63,869 nucleotides of DNA. Origin: a virus. Taxonomy: Duplodnaviria > Caudoviricetes. The DNA lies in the IMG/VR virus record IMGVR_UViG_3300027746_000001, positions 1 through 63,869 of that record; one strand, given 5' to 3'. Shown piece by piece: positions 1 through 9,680 of the stretch. The first letter of the stretch is position 1. Each line of letters starts with the position of its first letter. The notes under the pieces are model-generated. The model saw nothing but the letters and a program-made list of their open reading frames with translations. It was not told where the DNA came from and searched no databases. The position numbers and the translations under genes are program-made.

Positions 1-127
1 CAAATTTGCTTGACTGGACTATTCCGTATTCACAGCATGAGTTTGATTTCTTGAATAGAACATACGATGTGTTCGTTACAACTCCAGAGGCAGTAATTCC
101 GTTGCATTATCGAGGGATTCCGTTGGA
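1..127. repeat. Terminal direct repeat, identical to 63743-63869 (circular assembly overlap)
   Basis: caaatttgcttgactgg...ttccgttgga occurs at both ends. The 127-nt length matches a common assembler k-mer, and an ORF reads in frame across the junction. Confidence 0.95.
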
Positions 128-806
128 CAAGATAGTAAGCGTTGCTCATGGTCAATGGGACATATTGCTGGCTAGGAAAGATTATGGGGTTGATTTTTAT
201 TCCCAGCTTAAAGGGTATGCTGTTATATCAAGCGTCCTAAAGAACAAATCTATGGAGTTTGGGGTTAGCAGGGTTCCTGACATTGTGAAACTTGGAATCC
301 ATACGGATGTTTTTGAGCGCAACATCTCTCATCGACTATCTGTAATTGGGTATGCTGGGATGAAGGAAACCAAGAACTTCTTGAACGAGGAGATAAAGAG
401 GGGCAAGTTGGTAGAAGATGCTGTAAATGGAATCGATGTGGAGTTGTTATCATTTCCAGAGATGAATCACTTGTGTATGCCTTCGTACTATGGCAGGGTT
501 GATTGCGTTGTGATGTCATCAACCGAGGAAGCTGGAGGTTTGCCAATGATGGAATCCGCAGCAGCAGGAAGACTAACGATAGGAACTCCTGTTGGATATT
601 ATGCAGAGGATGCAGTTAAAAGTGGTGGAGTTGTAGTCTCAATTGATGTAAATGATTTTATCAATGAAACAAGAGAAGCAATCTTGAGATATAAACAAGA
701 CCACCAGTTGTATCGGGATACTTGTGCAAAAATACAAGAATATGCGATTGAAACATTTGATTGGAATAAAAGAATAGAAGGTTGGGTTAAATTATTTAAT
801 ACATAA
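6..806 (+). CDS. GT-B (GT4-like) glycosyltransferase, 3' part; the true start is at 63649 across the circular junction
   Basis: C-terminal SSTEEAGGLPMMESAAAG...IGTPVG matches the GT4 E-x7-E signature. In frame with MKKVLFYTQNRWAFG at 63649. Confidence 0.75.
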   Translation: MLDWTIPYSQHEFDFLNRTYDVFVTTPEAVIPLHYRGIPLDKIVSVAHGQWDILLARKDYGVDFYSQLKGYAVISSVLKNKSMEFGVSRVPDIVKLGIHTDVFERNISHRLSVIGYAGMKETKNFLNEEIKRGKLVEDAVNGIDVELLSFPEMNHLCMPSYYGRVDCVVMSSTEEAGGLPMMESAAAGRLTIGTPVGYYAEDAVKSGGVVVSIDVNDFINETREAILRYKQDHQLYRDTCAKIQEYAIETFDWNKRIEGWVKLFNT

Positions 807-811
807 ACAAT

Positions 812-1366
812 ATGAGTGACTACACATTTGAAGCAAATTACTGGGGAGACTGCTGCAACACGTTCGATGAAGACCAGAAGCATTACGTTTATGCGCGATT
901 CATGGGGCTACATCAGGTTGGCTATGGGTTCAGCCTGTCAGGTAAGTCAGTGATCGACATAGGTGGTGGGCCTACTTCCATGCTGTTAAAGTCGAAGGGA
1001 CTTGGCAGGGCATTGGTAGTGGATCCACTTCAGTATCCTCAGTGGACATACGCTCGCTACCATGAGCATGGGGTGGAGTGTCTTGTTATGCGAGGTGAGG
1101 ACGTTTCACTCAGAGGGTTTGACGAGTGCTGGATATACAATTGCTTGCAGCACACGGATGACCCTGCACTTATTATTGCCAACGCACTGCGAGCAGCTAG
1201 GACGCTTCGTATATTTGAATGGGTTGATATCGAACCACATGATGGGCATCCGCAGATGATCACGAAAAAGATGCTTGACGAGGCTATAGGACGTGAGGGA
1301 AGGTTAGTCCACCTAGCTGAAGCAGGTTGTTTCGGCTTGGCATACTTTAACATACATACAAAATGA
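812..1366 (+). CDS. Class I SAM-dependent methyltransferase-like protein
   Basis: VIDIGGGP motif I, VVDP motif II, FDECWIYNCLQHTDDP motif IV-like. Confidence 0.7.
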   Translation: MSDYTFEANYWGDCCNTFDEDQKHYVYARFMGLHQVGYGFSLSGKSVIDIGGGPTSMLLKSKGLGRALVVDPLQYPQWTYARYHEHGVECLVMRGEDVSLRGFDECWIYNCLQHTDDPALIIANALRAARTLRIFEWVDIEPHDGHPQMITKKMLDEAIGREGRLVHLAEAGCFGLAYFNIHTK

Positions 1367-1827
1367 AATTAACTACACCATACGAGCAGTTCGTTCGATC
1401 CATAGTGAAGCCGGGGCATGACATCTTGCTTCAGTTAACGCCACTTCAGGCATCCATTCTCCACATGGCAGTTGGAGTGAGTGGTGAAGCGGGTGAGTTG
1501 CTTGACGCAATCAAGAAACACGCAGTCTACCAGAAGCAATTAGACTTCGACAACGTGCGGGAAGAGGCAGGAGACATTTTGTTTTACCTAACTGGTTTGT
1601 TAAACGAGTTGGGATTGACGCTTAACGAGTGTATCGAGGCTAACGTAGAGAAGTTATCGAAGCGATACCCAGAGAAACGCTACACGAATGAGGCAGCAAT
1701 CGCACGGGCAGACAAGGTTGAAGCGGTTGAGGAACCCGTTGTGTTGAAGGACGATGATGACTTGGCAGATATCAAGGTGGAGCGCACTTGTCGAATTGAT
1801 GATCCAGAGTGTGAGTCATGCCAATAA
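1363..1827 (+). CDS. mazG: MazG-like nucleotide pyrophosphohydrolase with a Cys-containing C-terminal tail
   Basis: GVSGEAGELLDAIKK, EEAGDILFY and NVEKLSKRYP are MazG-like motifs. Confidence 0.85.
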   Translation: MKLTTPYEQFVRSIVKPGHDILLQLTPLQASILHMAVGVSGEAGELLDAIKKHAVYQKQLDFDNVREEAGDILFYLTGLLNELGLTLNECIEANVEKLSKRYPEKRYTNEAAIARADKVEAVEEPVVLKDDDDLADIKVERTCRIDDPECESCQ

Positions 1828-1834
1828 CTAATAT

Positions 1835-1918
1835 ATGGGATATTATATCGGCTATAGCGTATTAGCAGCTATTATACTGTATGTTGTATACGATGGAATG
1901 AAAGGGTTTGACGAGTGA
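1835..1918 (+). CDS. Small membrane peptide (27 aa)
   Basis: Translated manually: MGYYIGYSVLAAIILYVVYDGMKGFDE. Fills the gap and is coupled to the next ORF. Confidence 0.45.
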   Translation: MGYYIGYSVLAAIILYVVYDGMKGFDE

Positions 1919-2091
1919 ACACACTTGAACATTACATTCAATACAAGAAGCTGAACGCAACAAAGGTAATGAACGCATTGCAATTACATGGAATCATTAG
2001 CGACGAGTGTATCTTTCCAGATGACGTTAGGGATTCTGGTCAGGCAGTCTACTGGTTGGAAGACCATATGGGAGAAATACATAGATCATGA
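1915..2091 (+). CDS. Hypothetical protein (58 aa, GTG start)
   Basis: Translated manually: MNTLEHYIQYKKLNATK...EIHRS. Has 4-nt GTGA/ATGA overlaps with both neighbours. Confidence 0.6.
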   Translation: MNTLEHYIQYKKLNATKVMNALQLHGIISDECIFPDDVRDSGQAVYWLEDHMGEIHRS

Positions 2092-2477
2092 ACTGGGACG
2101 AATACGCATTGTCGATAGCTGAAGTTGTAGCCAAGAAGAGCAAAGACCCGTGGAGGCAGGTTGGTGCTGTGTTGTTGAGACACGACAACACTGTTGCAGC
2201 GTGTGGGTACAACGGGTTCCCGCCGCATATGGAGGAAGACTGGACTGACAGGGACAAGCGTAGAAATTACGTTGTCCATGCAGAGCAGAACGCATTGCGT
2301 CATGTTAAGCCGCTGGAGTGCTACCTGCTGGCATCAACAACATTGCCGTGTAACAACTGTTTGAAATCGCTTGCATCGTACGGCATCAAGAGGATAGTCT
2401 ATCGTGAGACGTATCCCACGGACGAATCAACAACACTGCTTGCAGCGGAATTCAACATTGCACTGATAAACGTATGA
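2088..2477 (+). CDS. dCMP deaminase family protein
   Basis: SKDP..QVGA, GYNG, HAEQNAL and PCNNC zinc-binding motifs. Confidence 0.9.
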   Translation: MNWDEYALSIAEVVAKKSKDPWRQVGAVLLRHDNTVAACGYNGFPPHMEEDWTDRDKRRNYVVHAEQNALRHVKPLECYLLASTTLPCNNCLKSLASYGIKRIVYRETYPTDESTTLLAAEFNIALINV

Positions 2478-2695
2478 CAAAGGAAGAACTATGGAAGGTG
2501 TATAGCAACAAGAACCCATCGTTCAACGGAAGGGGAAACGTAACCATGTCTGCAAAGGGACTGCGTAAGTTGTTCGATACGACATGGGATGTTGCAATGT
2601 ATGACGGGGAAGAAGAAGGGGAAGACGAACCAAGGTCATATCATAGCACTAGTGCTGGTGTGGATGCACTAAAGAGCATATTTGGAATGAAATGA
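2474..2695 (+). CDS. Hypothetical protein
   Basis: ATGA-coupled ORF in the operon. Confidence 0.65.
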   Translation: MTKEELWKVYSNKNPSFNGRGNVTMSAKGLRKLFDTTWDVAMYDGEEEGEDEPRSYHSTSAGVDALKSIFGMK

Positions 2696-2937
2696 ACGAG
2701 CCAAACATAGCGCAGAAAGCGGTTACCTTTGTGAAGAGTGCAGCGGCATTCGTCAGAGCAGGTATGCCTATACGGAACAAAGAGCAGATCGAAGAGCGAT
2801 TATTAATCTGCAACCAGTGTGTTCACTATGATCCAACGGCATTCAGTGGCGCAGGAAAATGCGGTGTTTGTGGTTGCAACATGGAGATAAAACTAGTTAT
2901 GGACACTGAGAGATGTCCATTGGAGCATTGGGAATGA
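2692..2937 (+). CDS. Cys-rich putative metal-binding protein
   Basis: RLLICNQC...CGVCGC...K...CP...W pattern. Confidence 0.7.
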   Translation: MNEPNIAQKAVTFVKSAAAFVRAGMPIRNKEQIEERLLICNQCVHYDPTAFSGAGKCGVCGCNMEIKLVMDTERCPLEHWE

Positions 2938-3119
2938 CAAGATTAGAAGCGCAACGTAAATCAAACGAGGACTATATGTGCGGACGCATATCAAAAGAGG
3001 AGTGGGATTTCCAGTTTGAAGAGTTAGGAAACGTGAGAGTTTGGAGTAAGGATGGTAAAATTCACCAACTAAAGGAGGAACATGAAAGACTCAGACCAGA
3101 TAACAGAACTACAAAATAA
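2934..3119 (+). CDS. Hypothetical protein
   Basis: ATGA overlap with the previous stop (MTRLEAQRKS...). Confidence 0.5.
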   Translation: MTRLEAQRKSNEDYMCGRISKEEWDFQFEELGNVRVWSKDGKIHQLKEEHERLRPDNRTTK

Positions 3120-3264
3120 AATTGATAAGTTGATCGATACCTACATTGCAGAGTTTGATTTGCCATTGGCAAGCATGGTTGGCATCCTTCAGGTCAAGAT
3201 CCACGAACTGATTGAGAATTCAATGTATGACGAGGATGAAGATGACGAGGAGGATGAGGAGTGA
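3082..3264 (+). CDS. Hypothetical protein with acidic tail
   Basis: AAGGAGG upstream; coupled to the next ORF. Confidence 0.6.
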   Translation: MKDSDQITELQNKIDKLIDTYIAEFDLPLASMVGILQVKIHELIENSMYDEDEDDEEDEE

Positions 3265-3500
3265 AATACAATCGCATAGATCAACTTGGGATTGTGATCA
3301 CGGAGAACCCAATTGAGCATATTGAGTTTGATGTACTAGATAAAGCATTGAAAAATAGCGGAATAGACAGAGATAAGTTCAGCGAGTACTTTGGAGTGCA
3401 AACCTGCTATGAGAAAGGATTGTATCCGTGGGACGTTGAACCTGTGCTAGAAAGAATAATGAGCGGAAAACTAACTGGAACGCAGTTGTACTGGGATTAA
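3261..3500 (+). CDS. Hypothetical protein
   Basis: GTGA overlap and operon context. Confidence 0.6.
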   Translation: MKYNRIDQLGIVITENPIEHIEFDVLDKALKNSGIDRDKFSEYFGVQTCYEKGLYPWDVEPVLERIMSGKLTGTQLYWD

Positions 3501-3502
3501 TT

Positions 3503-3757
3503 ATGAATAAAGTAGATACATTTATGGCTGAAGCATTGGACGAGATGTTCAAGCGTGTTGGGTTTGAAGGATTTGATAAGGAATTCACAAACCAAGAGAA
3601 CTGGTATAGCAAGAAGAGTTGGACAAACGAAGAGTTTGAGAAGTACAAAGAGTGGTTTGTGAATAGATTCACTAAAGTATTCAAGTGTCATAAAAGCCTC
3701 GCAGAAAAGGAATTTTGCTGGTTTAATCTGATGTGGGGATGGAGAGTGAATGAATAA
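3503..3757 (+). CDS. Hypothetical protein
   Basis: Operon context; aromatic-rich. Confidence 0.6.
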   Translation: MNKVDTFMAEALDEMFKRVGFEGFDKEFTNQENWYSKKSWTNEEFEKYKEWFVNRFTKVFKCHKSLAEKEFCWFNLMWGWRVNE

Positions 3758-5612
3758 ACCTCCGTCAGTTTTACAGGCAATCAACATTGCCACAAGGGTG
3801 AGAGCAGAGGCTGAAAAGGATGACATCAATGGGGTCATTTATGCTGCTCAGTTTATACTGACACATTTGACAGATTCTCATAAAAAACAGGTTACACTGG
3901 ACGAAAAGGTGGCTAGGCAGACTGTGTTAAACTTCGTTCAACACCTATTGAGGCACGATCAATTTGAGGCAGCGGCAACGATTCTATGGGGGGCTGGAGT
4001 TTACGACTGGAGGCCACAGAGTGCAGCGGATACTTGGAGGTGCTTGTTTGAGCATGACAAGTTATTAGTTCAGGGGGCAGGTGCAATGGGAAAGACGTTC
4101 AATGCCGCTGCGTGGTTCCTGTTGGATTGGATGCGAGATCCAGAGTATACTTGTATCAAAGTTGTTTCGTTGACTGAAGCACACGCGCAGAGAAACGTAT
4201 TTGCTGCAATCAAAAACTTCTACCGCACTGCATTGGTGCGTCCAGAGTACGAAGGTAGCGAAGACTTAGTGAAGTCGATTCAAGCCAATGACGATGACAA
4301 GAATGGCATCCATCTAGTTGCCGTTCCGAAAGGTGATAGCGGAACTGGTACGCTCCGTGGGTTTCACCCAAGTCCAAGGCAAAAGCCAGATCCTAAGTGG
4401 GGGCAAATGAGTAGGACACACGTTGTGCTGGACGAAGCTGAAGAGGTTCCCGCTGGGGTGTGGGAAGGTTTACAGAACATCCTGTCCGCTGCTGACACAA
4501 AGGATTCCAAGGGACGCATCAAGATTTTCGGAGCATCGAACCCGAAAGACAGGAATAGTGAATTCGGAAAAAGGTGTGAACCTGTGCGGGGTTGGCAGAG
4601 TGTGGACTGTGAAGAGGATTTTGAGTGGGAAAGTAGGGAGGGGTGGCATATCTTGAGGCTCGATGCAGCAAGGTGCGAGAACGTGACAAATAAGGAGATT
4701 GTTTTCCCCGGCTTCCAATCGTACGAGGGCTACATGGCATACGAAAGTAAAGGACGCACTGCCGAATACTACACAATGGCCCGTGGATTCTTCCCGCAGG
4801 AAGGTATCTCGATGGCAATCATCACTCCTGCCATGATGGACAACTCAATGGGTAGCTTGCGGTTTATTGGCCCTGTAGTGCCTCTAGCAGCGTTCGATTT
4901 GGCATTGGAGGGGCGAGATCAAGTTGTCTGCTCTTTCGGGCGATACGGACTCTGTGATGGGTGGACTCCACGGGATGGACAATTTAGAGAATTCAAAAAG
5001 CCAAAGACGTGCTTACAACTGGATTCGCAAATGCAGTTCCCGAAATTGGCAACACTAGAGCAGACCGCAGAGATCATCCGCTTTGCAAAGGAGATGAGGA
5101 TCGGCGCGAATTGGCTATGTGTTGACCGAACTGGAAACGGAGCAGGAATCCACGATGCGTTGAGATCACTTTACGGAAGCGAAGTCATGGGGGTCAATTA
5201 TTCATGGGCTAGTTCAGAAACCCATATCTTGGGAGATGACACACAACGCGCAAACGAATTGTATTCAGGAGTTGTTACAGAACTGATTTTCGGACTTGCT
5301 AAATACCTAGAGTTTGAGTATCTAAAAATATCACCTAGTTTCCGTATCGAGGAGTTGGTTCGTCAAGCAACTTCTCGCAGGTACAAGCAGCAGGGACAGG
5401 GGTTGGTGAGAGTCGAGAGCAAAGGGGACTTCGTAAAGCGGACTCGCCAAAATAGTCCTGACGCACTCGATTCCCTGTCCCTGCTGGTCTATTTGATGAG
5501 GCAACGAGGTGGAGTTGTTGCCACGATGACCGAACCAAAACCAGAAAAGTTTGTTTTCCAGAAAAAACACACTGGAATTGAAAGTTATGAATTCGTTGAT
5601 TTCAGCAATTGA
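3750..5612 (+). CDS. terL: Terminase large subunit
   Basis: Walker A GAGAMGKT, Walker B VVLDEAEEV, motif III GASNP, nuclease acidic motifs (AFDLA, CVDRTGNGAG, SPDALD). Lies upstream of the portal-sized ORF. Confidence 0.9.
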   Translation: MNKPPSVLQAINIATRVRAEAEKDDINGVIYAAQFILTHLTDSHKKQVTLDEKVARQTVLNFVQHLLRHDQFEAAATILWGAGVYDWRPQSAADTWRCLFEHDKLLVQGAGAMGKTFNAAAWFLLDWMRDPEYTCIKVVSLTEAHAQRNVFAAIKNFYRTALVRPEYEGSEDLVKSIQANDDDKNGIHLVAVPKGDSGTGTLRGFHPSPRQKPDPKWGQMSRTHVVLDEAEEVPAGVWEGLQNILSAADTKDSKGRIKIFGASNPKDRNSEFGKRCEPVRGWQSVDCEEDFEWESREGWHILRLDAARCENVTNKEIVFPGFQSYEGYMAYESKGRTAEYYTMARGFFPQEGISMAIITPAMMDNSMGSLRFIGPVVPLAAFDLALEGRDQVVCSFGRYGLCDGWTPRDGQFREFKKPKTCLQLDSQMQFPKLATLEQTAEIIRFAKEMRIGANWLCVDRTGNGAGIHDALRSLYGSEVMGVNYSWASSETHILGDDTQRANELYSGVVTELIFGLAKYLEFEYLKISPSFRIEELVRQATSRRYKQQGQGLVRVESKGDFVKRTRQNSPDALDSLSLLVYLMRQRGGVVATMTEPKPEKFVFQKKHTGIESYEFVDFSN

Positions 5613-5694
5613 CTTGCTAAATTTAACAAAATTGATAAATAAAACAAGTTTTTCCTTGCAAACCTTACAAAACTGACGTAAAACTCAAAAATTC

Positions 5695-6276
5695 ATGGCA
5701 AAACCGATAATTGGAATGATCCCGCCGGGGGGTTGGCATTACTACGATGGTGATGCAAAGCTCACTGGTCATAGCTATGACAACTTGATTGAGGTTGTCA
5801 CGAATTTTCGTGCCGAAAACCATTTGCCAGTTGGTGACGTGGAGGGTGATGTCAATTCGTACATCTGTAGCAAGAACCCCAACTTCTGTCACGGAGTTGA
5901 TATGGTAGTTGTAACATCTGTTAATACACCTAGTCAAAAGACAGAGTTGCTAAATGACGTTACGATTTGGGCTAAAAATGTTATCAATTCTTCAAAAGAA
6001 GTAGCACTTGTATCCAGTGAGCTAGCAGAGCAACGCGCAAAGATCTGTCTTGCTTGCAAACAGAACGTGCAATGGAAAAGCGGTTGTGGTGCTTGCGTGA
6101 AAGCAACGGAAAGGTTAAGTGCCAGCATTAGACAGGCTAAAGAGACAAAAACATCCAAGGCACTAGGTGGTTGTTTGCTTCTTCGTCACGATAATAAATC
6201 CGCAGTTTTTATGTCCAGAGACAGCATTTCCCCGTCAGACAATTTGCCAGCCGATTGTTGGCTAAATCTCAAATAA
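5695..6276 (+). CDS. Cys-rich hypothetical protein
   Basis: RAKICLAC, CGAC and C-terminal LPADCW; resembles the pattern in 2692-2937. Confidence 0.65.
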   Translation: MAKPIIGMIPPGGWHYYDGDAKLTGHSYDNLIEVVTNFRAENHLPVGDVEGDVNSYICSKNPNFCHGVDMVVVTSVNTPSQKTELLNDVTIWAKNVINSSKEVALVSSELAEQRAKICLACKQNVQWKSGCGACVKATERLSASIRQAKETKTSKALGGCLLLRHDNKSAVFMSRDSISPSDNLPADCWLNLK

Positions 6277-6277
6277 T

Positions 6278-8689
6278 ATGGCAGATACAACCAAACCAAT
6301 TCCAGCAGAAATCACAAACGTCTACGCATCGAAAGCTGCGCGGATTATGAAAACCTCTGACAAGCAGAGGATTTCTGAATTGGAAATCGTTGATGGAAAT
6401 GACACTGGTGACGTTGTAAATCCTGACACATTACAGGTTAAACGGACTTTTAAAGACTGCCAGCAAGCGCATTCTGCATATCGTAGACTCAAGCAACAGA
6501 ATGTTGAGCGCAATCGCAAAAACCAATTGATTCAAAAGAAGCTAAATAATGAACCTCCATACAGTGCCAAAAAACTGGAAAGCATGGGTCAGAATTGGCG
6601 CAGTAATCGTCCAACTGGGTTTTTGTCTACGATGGTTAGTCGTTTACAACCACCATTTAAACAAGTAATCGAGCAATCACCAACGCTTACCTATTCCAAA
6701 TTTCCAATGGAGGGTGTTAGCGAGGAGCAAAAGACAAAAGTGTTCCGTGAAGAGATCACCAAATGCATCAGAGGATGGAAGGGTCACGATGACCTAGTTG
6801 CACAGGTTACGCATGAGAATACCACATTTGGTTTTTGTGGAGTATGTTGGGATGACGTTCGTGATTGGAAACCTGAGTTCCTTCGTCAAGATTATACTTT
6901 CTTCAGCATCGAGACTCCACAAGAAGCCGATTCAACCCCGATTTGGGGAAGGAAGCGTCGATACCAGATTGCGGAATTGCTTCCAGTGCTGGAACAACCG
7001 AGACTTTCTGTGCTTGCAGGTTGGAATATCAACAATCTGATTAAGGCAATCAATAACGCAACACCCGCTGGGAGAACGCTTGATTCTGACGATGATGCTA
7101 GACGCTACGAAGACTGGATGCGTGAAGGATCCTATGGAGCAAGCTACGAGAATGACGCGAAATATGTCGAACTTGGTGAGTTGTTGATCCGTGAACCCAC
7201 TGGTAAGATTTCGCGTTATCTTTTTGATGATAAAAGCGGAGATGAAATCTGCACACAATTGGATAGATACAACAGGATGTCGGACACAATTGCGCTATTC
7301 TCTGTTGAGATTGGCAGTGGCGCATTGATGTCATCCCGTGGTGCAGGACGTGACTTGTATAACACGCATATTGCTATCGATAAGGCTCGTAACCTTATTG
7401 TCGATAACTCATATTTGCGCGGGATGCTATTACTGAAAAAAGGCCCAACCGCTAAAACAGGCATTCCTCCGCTTCAAGTAATGCATCCCGTAGCATATGT
7501 GGCTGAAGGATATGACGTAGTTCAGTCTGCAATTCCTGCTGACGTGGAAGATTTCATCAAACTCGATCAATTCATGTCTGGATTAGCTGAGATTCAGATG
7601 GGAACATTCCTTCCATCATCCGTTATGAACATCACGGGTGGAGATAAGACAGCATCCGAGGTAAACCGCATTGCTGCCGTTGAAAATCAGATCCGCGAAG
7701 GCATCCTGATGCGTTGGGTTAAACAATATTCCAAGGCAGTCGAACGTATGCAACGTGGAATCTGTCATCCTGAGCATATTAAAGCCGCATCTGAGCTAAA
7801 AACGCAGATTGATTTCGCTCGCCTTCAGAATCCTAACGCAATGTGGGCAAGAAAAGAGGTTGTAGAGGCATTTGAACAGGCGCAATCTGAGATTCCATCG
7901 TTCCTAGTGCCATTTGAGATCCCTAGACACCTCGATGAAGAGGCAGTTTCGTGCGTTTTAGCCATGTTGGAGCGTAATTTACCTCCTAGCGACATTTTGC
8001 TGATGGCATTCTCTCCAGCAGAGGAACTTTTACCTCAAACCGAGGGTCAGGACGCTGCAATTCTTGATCTTCTGATCCAACGCTACACTGGAAACCCAAA
8101 TATCAACCAAGATGAGCTAATGAAACTTGATTGGAGTCGAAAAGTGGGTGAATCTATCGCTAACCAAGTCATCCTTCCGAAAGATCAGGTTGAGGCAGTG
8201 GCAATTGAGGCTACACGTCAGCAGATTATTGAGTTGCAGAGCATCATCTCAGGTGAGGACATTCCAGTCTCTCCACGGGACAATGATATTGTTCACATCC
8301 AGACCATCATGGAGAAGCTATTCCCGCTCATTGCTAACGCTCCAGCAGGGTCGATGCCTCCAGAGATGATTAAACCCCTACAATCGGCAGTACAGCACTT
8401 TATCGGTCACGTCCAGAACGCTGAAGCGAAGGGTGCAGATAAAAAGCAGATTGCCGAATACAAAAAGGCAGTTTCCGAGGCAATTACGCACCTCACAGCA
8501 GGACAAGCACCAATTTCAGAAGGTGATTTATTTCCAGCAGCAGCAGGTGGTGGTGGTGGAGGAGGTGGACGTAGACCATCGACTGCACAGGCCACCGCAA
8601 TGGGAGAAGCAGTTGGAACACAAAATCCCTCACAAAATAACGCAGTCAACCAAGTTGCTGCACCACCAAAACCAGTAACAGCAGGATAA
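6278..8689 (+). CDS. Portal protein (putative)
   Basis: 803 aa, helical, follows TerL; KTASEV segment of podovirus-type portals; low-complexity C-terminus. Confidence 0.7.
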   Translation: MADTTKPIPAEITNVYASKAARIMKTSDKQRISELEIVDGNDTGDVVNPDTLQVKRTFKDCQQAHSAYRRLKQQNVERNRKNQLIQKKLNNEPPYSAKKLESMGQNWRSNRPTGFLSTMVSRLQPPFKQVIEQSPTLTYSKFPMEGVSEEQKTKVFREEITKCIRGWKGHDDLVAQVTHENTTFGFCGVCWDDVRDWKPEFLRQDYTFFSIETPQEADSTPIWGRKRRYQIAELLPVLEQPRLSVLAGWNINNLIKAINNATPAGRTLDSDDDARRYEDWMREGSYGASYENDAKYVELGELLIREPTGKISRYLFDDKSGDEICTQLDRYNRMSDTIALFSVEIGSGALMSSRGAGRDLYNTHIAIDKARNLIVDNSYLRGMLLLKKGPTAKTGIPPLQVMHPVAYVAEGYDVVQSAIPADVEDFIKLDQFMSGLAEIQMGTFLPSSVMNITGGDKTASEVNRIAAVENQIREGILMRWVKQYSKAVERMQRGICHPEHIKAASELKTQIDFARLQNPNAMWARKEVVEAFEQAQSEIPSFLVPFEIPRHLDEEAVSCVLAMLERNLPPSDILLMAFSPAEELLPQTEGQDAAILDLLIQRYTGNPNINQDELMKLDWSRKVGESIANQVILPKDQVEAVAIEATRQQIIELQSIISGEDIPVSPRDNDIVHIQTIMEKLFPLIANAPAGSMPPEMIKPLQSAVQHFIGHVQNAEAKGADKKQIAEYKKAVSEAITHLTAGQAPISEGDLFPAAAGGGGGGGGRRPSTAQATAMGEAVGTQNPSQNNAVNQVAAPPKPVTAG

Positions 8690-8696
8690 TAATATT

Positions 8697-9113
8697 ATGC
8701 CAGACCGAGCCAAAATCATCAGCGAACTTGCTTCAAAAGCAAAAATGGATCCATCGTCCGCAACCACCAAAAAAGACATCAAAGCATTGGGAGAAATTTC
8801 AGAACCATCTGGATATGGAATGAAACGAGCAGGGAAATCAATGAGTTCTGGTTCTATTTCTCCTAAATTATTAAAATCTGAACCTCTTCCAACTGCAAAA
8901 GATAAGGAAGAAGAAGTTGAAGACTTGCTTACCGAGTCCGAAAAAGAAATGGAAAAGAAAACAGAAAATGACGCAAAAAAAGAAGCTAATTATGCTCGTA
9001 TTGAAAACCAAAAAATGAGCGACCAAGGCATTGTAAATTTGGATCAACTTGTTGATGCTGGTAAAAAAGTCTACCGCAAGGTTAAATCCAAAGTTAAGTC
9101 GATGATGGAATAA
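8697..9113 (+). CDS. Hypothetical Lys/Glu-rich protein
   Basis: ORF in the head module. Confidence 0.6.
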   Translation: MPDRAKIISELASKAKMDPSSATTKKDIKALGEISEPSGYGMKRAGKSMSSGSISPKLLKSEPLPTAKDKEEEVEDLLTESEKEMEKKTENDAKKEANYARIENQKMSDQGIVNLDQLVDAGKKVYRKVKSKVKSMME

Positions 9114-9132
9114 AATATATTAATAAATAAAT

Positions 9133-9372
9133 ATGAAATGGGAAGAATCTGACGCATCACGTCTGCGGGACTACGACAAAAAAACAGGGAGTCGATTGCG
9201 TTTATATTTACGCAGCCGAATTCCTTTCATAACGGAATGTTCCGTCGAAGGAGTTGCAATGCAAGCCATGTTGAAGCAAGGTTTTGAGATGGCATTGCGA
9301 GAAATTGAAGATTGCGTAAACTCTTCAAATGACAACGCTGATCCCAGCGCAGGAAACTTCACGTCCATGTGA
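9133..9372 (+). CDS. Hypothetical protein (head module)
   Basis: Small ORF between portal and scaffold. Confidence 0.6.
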   Translation: MKWEESDASRLRDYDKKTGSRLRLYLRSRIPFITECSVEGVAMQAMLKQGFEMALREIEDCVNSSNDNADPSAGNFTSM

Positions 9373-9405
9373 CGGAAAAATCACCTAGTATTTACGTCAA
9401 ATTAT

Positions 9406-9657
9406 ATGGCAGAAATCAAACCAAGATTCAGCAAAACAATCACTAACAAGGCAACTGGTCGAACGAGGACAGTTGAATACGGGCAAGCGGGAAAAGCCAA
9501 GGATGGAAAGGATCGTATTCGACCCGGCACATCGAAAGGTGACGCATATTGCGCCAGAAGCGCAAACATTAAAGGTGATTGGAAAGATGATCCGAATTCA
9601 CCAAATAATTTAAGCAGGAAAAAATGGAAGTGCCGCGGAGAGAAGTCAATGAAGTAA
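9406..9657 (+). CDS. Small basic phage protein
   Basis: GDAYCARS...DPNSPNNLSRKKWKC, a motif I recognise from small basic phage proteins. Confidence 0.7.
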   Translation: MAEIKPRFSKTITNKATGRTRTVEYGQAGKAKDGKDRIRPGTSKGDAYCARSANIKGDWKDDPNSPNNLSRKKWKCRGEKSMK

Positions 9658-9680
9658 ATAAACAACCAATTAATAAATCT

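Noticed and set aside
1-127. Biological terminal repeat of the virion DNA
   Set aside because: The 127-nt length and its position inside a gene point to an assembly overlap, not a physical end.
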